Positions 59,037 to 64,000 of a DNA stretch of 64,000 nucleotides are shown here, piece after piece. Origin of the DNA: an uncultured bacterium (GTDB lineage: Bacteria > Actinomycetota > Acidimicrobiia > Acidimicrobiales > VFJN01). Position 1 is the stretch's first letter. Every line of letters starts with the position of its first letter. The translations under genes and the position numbers were made by a program. The notes under the pieces were generated by a model that was given only the letters and a program-made list of their open reading frames with translations, did no database searches and was not told the DNA's origin. Location of the stretch: the NCBI GenBank assembly GCA_963813485.1, contig CAWEZE010000017.1, forward strand, positions 65,919 to 129,918. Direction: 5' to 3'.

Positions 59037-59365
59037 GAGCTCACTCCTGTTGTCGCACTCGAGACGACAGTACGAGTTGGTGTGGTGCAGAGCCTCCCCC
59101 CATCGGGATGAAATGGGTTGGCGGCGGCACCGGGTGACACGGGCCGTCCGGCGTTGCCCGGCCGGGGAGGGTCGCGAGGTCGCGAGGCAATGGGGCCCGG
59201 CGGAACCCTCTCGAGGCGATGCGGTCCGGGGGCCGGTCCCTATGCCCCGAGAATGTCGGCGCGGTCCCTATTGCCTCGGGCTCGCGGCCACCATCCACGG
59301 ATCCGCCGGCGCCGGCGTCATCCCCTCGAGGCGACGACGTCCGTCGGGAGTGGTAGTCCAATGAC

Positions 59366-60277
59366 GTGGCCATGCCGACAATGCCCGAGCCCGGCGCCGG
59401 GGTGACCATTACGTCCGGACCCCTCGATGCGACCTTCATGCCCCAGCTCGGGATGCTCGGCAGCTCGCTTCGCCACCGCGGCGAAGCTCTGCTGGCACTG
59501 CCAGGTGGGCTCGACGGCTACCGCTCGGGGACGGTCACAGGCCTGCCGCTCCTGGCACCATGGGCGAACCGCCTCGGTTCGCGCCGCTACGAGGTGGACG
59601 GAATCGTCGTGGACCTCGATGGCCTCGATCTCACCACCGACGAGCACGGGCTCCCGATTCACGGGACGATGACGGCCCAGCGGGGTTGGGAGATCGTCGC
59701 GGTGGGCCGGCGCTCGTTGGCCGCCAGGTTCGACTTCGGTGCCCACCCCGACCTCCTTGCCTCGTTCCCGTTCCCCCACGAGCTCCGCATCGAGGCGACG
59801 GTCGAGGCCACGACCCTCCGGGTGGACACGACATTGGTGCCGACCGGCGACCGGCCGGTGCCGGTCTCGTTCGGCTACCACCCCTATCTGTGCCTGCCCG
59901 GTGCGCGAAGGGAGGACGTCCGCCTCCGCCTGCCGGAACGCCGGCACCTCGAGCTCGACAGCCGCCAGCTCCCGACGGGACGGGCTGACGCCGAGGAGCC
60001 AGAGGATGAACCCGTAGGGACACGGACCTTCGACGACCTCTACGGGCTCGGCGACGATCGGCAACTCGCGTTGGAGGGTGGCGGGCGCCGCCTCGCCCTC
60101 GAGCTTGGCGAGGGCTATGGCTATGCACAGGTGTTTACCCCGCCGGGAGCGGAGACCGTCTGCCTCGAACCGATGACGGCGCCCGTCAATGCCCTGGTCG
60201 AAGGGACCTATGCGCTGGTGTCGCCCGGAACCTCGTTCACCGCCCGGTTCTCTCTGCATGTCGAGGACGAGCGCTGA
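59366..60277 (+). CDS. Aldose 1-epimerase (galactose-mutarotase-like) family protein
   Basis: 303 aa, intact. Contains …GLPLLAPWANRLG…GLPIHGT…FPFPHELRIEATV…VPVSFGYHPYLCLPG…VCLEPMTAPVNAL…. The start could be ATG 59372. Confidence 0.8.
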   Translation: MAMPTMPEPGAGVTITSGPLDATFMPQLGMLGSSLRHRGEALLALPGGLDGYRSGTVTGLPLLAPWANRLGSRRYEVDGIVVDLDGLDLTTDEHGLPIHGTMTAQRGWEIVAVGRRSLAARFDFGAHPDLLASFPFPHELRIEATVEATTLRVDTTLVPTGDRPVPVSFGYHPYLCLPGARREDVRLRLPERRHLELDSRQLPTGRADAEEPEDEPVGTRTFDDLYGLGDDRQLALEGGGRRLALELGEGYGYAQVFTPPGAETVCLEPMTAPVNALVEGTYALVSPGTSFTARFSLHVEDER

Positions 60278-60413
60278 CGGTTCCCGTCGACACGCGGTCT
60301 CCTAACCGGCGGGCGTCCAATCACCCATTCGGCGTGATGTCGACGCCCCCGTCGGTTGCGACCCTCGGATGGTTGGCGTCAACGGTCACCGACCGAGGGT
60401 TGAAGGAGTCACG

Positions 60414-62756
60414 ATGACCAAGCCGTTCCGGGGCACGATCAACATCGATGACCGTGATTCGGTCCCCGATTGGGAACCCTATGTGCAGCCGGTCGCGCCG
60501 GACGGCGCGCCGAACGTCCTCTACATCGTGCTTGACGACGTCGGCTTCTCCGCGATGGAGCCGTGGGGTGGCCTGATCGAGACGCCCAACATCGGGCGGC
60601 TTGCCGCCACGGGGCTCACCTACACCAACTGGCACACGACCGCGCTCTGCTCGCCGACTCGCTCGTCGCTCCTCACGGGCCGCAACCACACCACCAACGG
60701 CATGGCCTGCATCGCGGAGGCCACCAGCGGCTTCCCGAACGCCAACGGCCACATCCCGTTCGAGTGCGCAACGATCGCAGAGGTGCTCGGCGAGCGCGGC
60801 TGGAACACCTACATGCTCGGGAAGTGGCACCTGGTTGCCGCCGACGAGATGAACATGGCGTCGACGAAGCGCAACTGGCCCATCGGCCGTGGCTTCGAGC
60901 GGTACTACGGGTTCCTCGGGGGCGAGACGAACCAGTGGTATCCGGACCTGGTCTACGACAATCACCCGGTCGACCAACCGGCAACGCCGGAGGAGGGGTA
61001 CCACCTCACGACCGACCTCACCGACAAGGCGATCGAGTTCATCAAGGACGCGAAGATGATCGCGCCCGACAAGCCGTTCTTCATGTACTTCTGCCCCGGT
61101 GCGACCCACGCGCCCCACCACGCGCCCAAGGAGTGGATCGAGAGGTACCGAGGCAGGTTCGACATGGGGTACGAGAAATACCGCGAGCTCGTGTTCGACC
61201 GGCAAAAGAAGATGGGCATCTTCCCCGAAGACGCCGAGCTGACGGCGCTCAATCCCTACGCGGAGGAAACGAGCGTCGAAGGGACGCCATGGAACCCGGT
61301 TGACGTCGTGCGGCCGTGGGACACCCTCTCCGGCGACGAGCAGCGGCTCTTCGCCCGCATGGCGGAGGTGTACGCCGGGTTCCTCAGCCACGCCGACCAC
61401 GAGATCGGGCGCCTGCTCTCCTTCCTCGAGCAGTCGGGCGAGCGCGAGAACACCATCGTCGTCCTGGTCTCCGACAACGGGGCCAGCGGCGAAGGTGGCC
61501 CCGACGGTTCCGTGAACGAGAACAAGTTCTTCAACGGCATCCCCGACGACATCCAGGAGAACCTCAAGTATCTCGACGACCTCGGCTCACCTGCGACGTA
61601 CAACCATTATCCGGTCGGGTGGGCGTGGGCGTTCAACACGCCGTTCAAGATGTGGAAGCGCTACAACTTCGAGGGCGGCGTTGCCGACCCGATGGTGATC
61701 TCCTGGCCGCGAGGCATCGACGCCAAGGGCGAGCTCCGGCACCAGTTCCTCCATGCGACCGACGTCGTGCCGACCATGTACGACCTCCTCGGGATCGAGA
61801 TGCCCGAGGTCGTCAAGGGCTTCACCCAGGTCCCCCTCGAAGGCGTGAGCTTCCGGTCGACGTTCGCGAGCGACGACGTGCCCACGCCGAAGGAGACCGG
61901 CTTCTTCTCCATGCTCGGCTCCCGGGCGATCTGGCACAAGGGATGGAAGGCGGTGAGCGTGCATCCGACGATCTCCGGTTGGGGGCACTTCGACCAGGAT
62001 CGGTGGGAGCTGTACGACACCGAGGCGGATCCGACCGAGAGCCACGACCTCGCGGGAGAGCATCCCGCGAAGGTCCAGGAGTTGATCAACCTGTGGTTCC
62101 ACGAGGCCGGCAAGTACCACGGGCTACCGCTCCTGGACCGCACAGCTGTGGAAGTCCTGGCGGACTCCAGCCGACCGCAGGTGGCGCCGCCCCGGGACCG
62201 TTACGTCTACTACCCGGGCACGGCCGAGGTTCCGGAGACCGCAGCGGTCAACATCCGGAACCGCAACTACACGATCGCGGTCGGAGTGAACGTCGAGTCC
62301 GACGACGCCGCCGGCGTGCTCTTCTCCCACGGCGCACGGTTCGGCGGGCACGCGCTCTACGTCAAGGACCGCAAGCTGAAGTACGTCTACAACTTCGTGG
62401 GCAGCAAGGTGCAGACGATCGAATCCATGGAGGAGATCCCGACCGGCGAGGTCGTGCTGTCGGCCGCGTTCGTGAAGGAGAACGACGAGCTGCCCACCAC
62501 CGGCACGCTGTCGCTCTTCATCAACGACGAGAAGGTCGGGGAGGGCCAGATCATGACGCAACCCGGCAACTTCTCGCTCGTCGGCGAGGGCTTGAACGTG
62601 GGCAAGGACCCGGCCGAGCCGATCACCGACGACTATCCCGGCACGAGCCCTATCGCGTTCACCGGGGGCACGATCAAGCAGGCGATCGTCGACGTCTCGG
62701 GCGAGCCCTTCGTCGATTTGGAGAAGGAAGCGATCGCGCTCATGGCGCGCGAGTAG
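60414..62756 (+). CDS. Arylsulfatase (formylglycine-dependent sulfatase family), ~780 aa
   Basis: ATG 60414 follows GAAGGAG. The product reads …PNVLYIVLDDVGFSAMEPWGG…ALCSPTRSSLLTGRNHH-type C-x-P-x-R motif (LCSPTRSSLLTGRNHTTNG)…GKWHL…VLVSDNGASGEGG…. Intact. Confidence 0.9.
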   Translation: MTKPFRGTINIDDRDSVPDWEPYVQPVAPDGAPNVLYIVLDDVGFSAMEPWGGLIETPNIGRLAATGLTYTNWHTTALCSPTRSSLLTGRNHTTNGMACIAEATSGFPNANGHIPFECATIAEVLGERGWNTYMLGKWHLVAADEMNMASTKRNWPIGRGFERYYGFLGGETNQWYPDLVYDNHPVDQPATPEEGYHLTTDLTDKAIEFIKDAKMIAPDKPFFMYFCPGATHAPHHAPKEWIERYRGRFDMGYEKYRELVFDRQKKMGIFPEDAELTALNPYAEETSVEGTPWNPVDVVRPWDTLSGDEQRLFARMAEVYAGFLSHADHEIGRLLSFLEQSGERENTIVVLVSDNGASGEGGPDGSVNENKFFNGIPDDIQENLKYLDDLGSPATYNHYPVGWAWAFNTPFKMWKRYNFEGGVADPMVISWPRGIDAKGELRHQFLHATDVVPTMYDLLGIEMPEVVKGFTQVPLEGVSFRSTFASDDVPTPKETGFFSMLGSRAIWHKGWKAVSVHPTISGWGHFDQDRWELYDTEADPTESHDLAGEHPAKVQELINLWFHEAGKYHGLPLLDRTAVEVLADSSRPQVAPPRDRYVYYPGTAEVPETAAVNIRNRNYTIAVGVNVESDDAAGVLFSHGARFGGHALYVKDRKLKYVYNFVGSKVQTIESMEEIPTGEVVLSAAFVKENDELPTTGTLSLFINDEKVGEGQIMTQPGNFSLVGEGLNVGKDPAEPITDDYPGTSPIAFTGGTIKQAIVDVSGEPFVDLEKEAIALMARE

Positions 62757-62769
62757 GTGGCGCGCCCGG

Positions 62770-64000
62770 TTATCCCGCCACCGGGGTTTGACCGGTCGGC
62801 GCCGTTGCCTGGGCAGGCTCAGGAGCCGCCGGCGCGGCAGGGGATGGGGCGAGTTTCTCCGTGCCCACGTACGCGATCGCCACGGCGATGATCACCAGCG
62901 GCGTCACGTCGAGGCCGTCCGACCCCAGCAACAGCGTGGCCAGCAACACCGCGCTCAACGGCAACCCCAGCATCACGACGACCATCGCTCCCATGCCCAT
63001 GGCCGCGCCGGCCACGGGATCAAGCCCGGGCAGGTGGGAGAGCGCGACGCCCCCCACGGCTCCCACGAACAACGCCGGGAAGATGGGGCCTCCTCGGAAG
63101 CTGCTCAGCGCCAATCCGTAGGCGAGGGTCTTGCACGAGAGCAACAGAACGAGCGCGCCGATGGAGTAGCTCCCGGTGTCGTTGAGGAACGGCCCGAGCG
63201 CCTCCTGCCCCGAGAACAGCACGAGCGAGGAGCTCTTGTCGCTGACCTGGCCGAACAGGATCGCCAATCCGGCGATGGCCAATCCGACGACCGGAGTGAG
63301 CACCACGATCCGCCGCTCCACATGGGGTCGCAACGAGCGCGCCAGCATCCGGGTGCCGAGCCCGATCGGAACGGCCACCATCCCGATGGCGATCGCCCAA
63401 CCGAACTCGGCGATCGTCGGCGTCCCCGCGGCAGGAAGGTCGGGGATCGAGAGCGAGAATTTTCCGAGCCCGGTCAAGGAGTCCAGGCCGACGAAGATCA
63501 GGGTCCCGATGCCGGCCGCTACCAGGCCTGGGACCAACACCAATCCGAGCATCGGTCCCCCCAGGCCGATTGCCTCCATCAAGATGAACGCGGCGATCAG
63601 GGGCGAGCCGACGAGCGTGCTGAATGCCGCGAAGCTCCCTGCCGCGGCCACGACCGACAGGGTCATCGCAGGCACATCCCTGCGGGCAAGACGCACCGCA
63701 CAGACACCGAGCCCGGCGCCCAGCGCGATGAGCGGTGCCTCTGGCCCGATCACGGCGCCCAGGGCGAGGCTGGTCAACGCGGCGAGGAAGATGCTCGGCA
63801 GCTCTATGGGCGTCGGTGGCGGGCCGCCGGCATGGAACCCCTCGGCCGGCGATTCGCCCCCGTGGCCGGGGAGGTACCGGATCGTCAGTGCAACCAGCAC
63901 GCCGGCGAGCGCCAGCAGCGGCAGCGGCCACCACGTCGGCTGGTCGTCGAAGCCGAGCCCGCTGGGAAGGTCTGTGTAGAGCCACTCCTGCGCCTCGTTG
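62770..64000 (-). CDS. ClC-family voltage-gated chloride channel / H+-Cl- exchanger (5'-partial, continues beyond window)
   Basis: The frame is open to the window edge. Contains …GESPAEG…LALGAVIGPEAPLIALGAG (GxGxPE-type selectivity motif)…AAGSFAAFSTLVGSPLIAAFILMEA…GGPIFPALFVGAVGG…, with many TM helices. Confidence 0.85.
   Translation of the reverse strand, partial: NEAQEWLYTDLPSGLGFDDQPTWWPLPLLALAGVLVALTIRYLPGHGGESPAEGFHAGGPPPTPIELPSIFLAALTSLALGAVIGPEAPLIALGAGLGVCAVRLARRDVPAMTLSVVAAAGSFAAFSTLVGSPLIAAFILMEAIGLGGPMLGLVLVPGLVAAGIGTLIFVGLDSLTGLGKFSLSIPDLPAAGTPTIAEFGWAIAIGMVAVPIGLGTRMLARSLRPHVERRIVVLTPVVGLAIAGLAILFGQVSDKSSSLVLFSGQEALGPFLNDTGSYSIGALVLLLSCKTLAYGLALSSFRGGPIFPALFVGAVGGVALSHLPGLDPVAGAAMGMGAMVVVMLGLPLSAVLLATLLLGSDGLDVTPLVIIAVAIAYVGTEKLAPSPAAPAAPEPAQATAPTGQTPVAG

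Noticed and set aside
1-64000. CRISPR arrays, rRNA genes, intact IS elements, toxin-antitoxin pairs and known defence-system signatures.
   Set aside because: I saw no regularly spaced direct repeats, no rRNA-like conserved stretches, no intact transposase, and no nuclease/ATPase gene pairs typical of defence islands. The three STAND-type ATPases all carry LuxR HTH output domains typical of transcriptional regulators.

Overview
This is a very GC-rich chromosomal segment (GC judged by eye, not computed). Its gene content looks actinobacterial: LLM/F420-type oxidoreductases, DUF7144, DUF4242, DUF5996 and large ATPase-LuxR regulators. I support about 56 genes or gene remnants.

**Layout**
- 1-1808: a partial unknown gene and a Dyp-type peroxidase.
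- 1809-5046: a graveyard of integrative-element parts. It holds two different tyrosine-recombinase fragments, a tRNA 3'-half scar, an intact excisionase, a 1.1-kb stretch with no credible gene, and a broken Nudix gene.
- 5.2-25.5 kb: miscellaneous metabolism. This includes enoyl-CoA hydratase, MBL hydrolase, aminotransferase, a kinase-methyltransferase pair, acyl-CoA dehydrogenase, two thiolases, acyl-CoA ligase and an SSADH-like aldehyde dehydrogenase, plus a 1017-aa ATPase-LuxR regulator. A partial inverted copy of that regulator lies 4.7 kb away.
- 25874-27087: a two-gene family-1 encapsulin operon (encapsulated ferritin plus shell).
- 27.2-38.3 kb: valine/fatty-acid catabolism (mmsA, mmsB-like, thiolase, fused acyl-CoA dehydrogenase) and glutamate decarboxylase.
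- 38.4-48.7 kb: a heavily decayed ABC1 kinase, small membrane proteins, and two convergent paralogous MalT-like LuxR regulators. These bracket a K+ channel and a dead AhpD/CMD-like gene.
- 50248-59036: a minus-strand string ndh - zwf - GH15 - GMC oxidoreductase - cydA - cydB. Four of its junctions are start/stop overlaps.
- 59.4-64 kb: aldose epimerase, arylsulfatase and a 5'-partial ClC channel.

**Main observations**
- Roughly one third of the recognisable genes are interrupted by single-nucleotide frameshifts, internal deletions or truncations. The distribution is very uneven: at least 8 shifts in the 1.7-kb ABC1 gene, none in several 1.4-3 kb genes. This could be real gene decay or homopolymer sequencing error, and I cannot decide which without reads.
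- I found no CRISPR array, rRNA or complete tRNA.
- No clearly novel defence-type system is evident. The most unusual organisation is the sugar-oxidation/cytochrome bd string.
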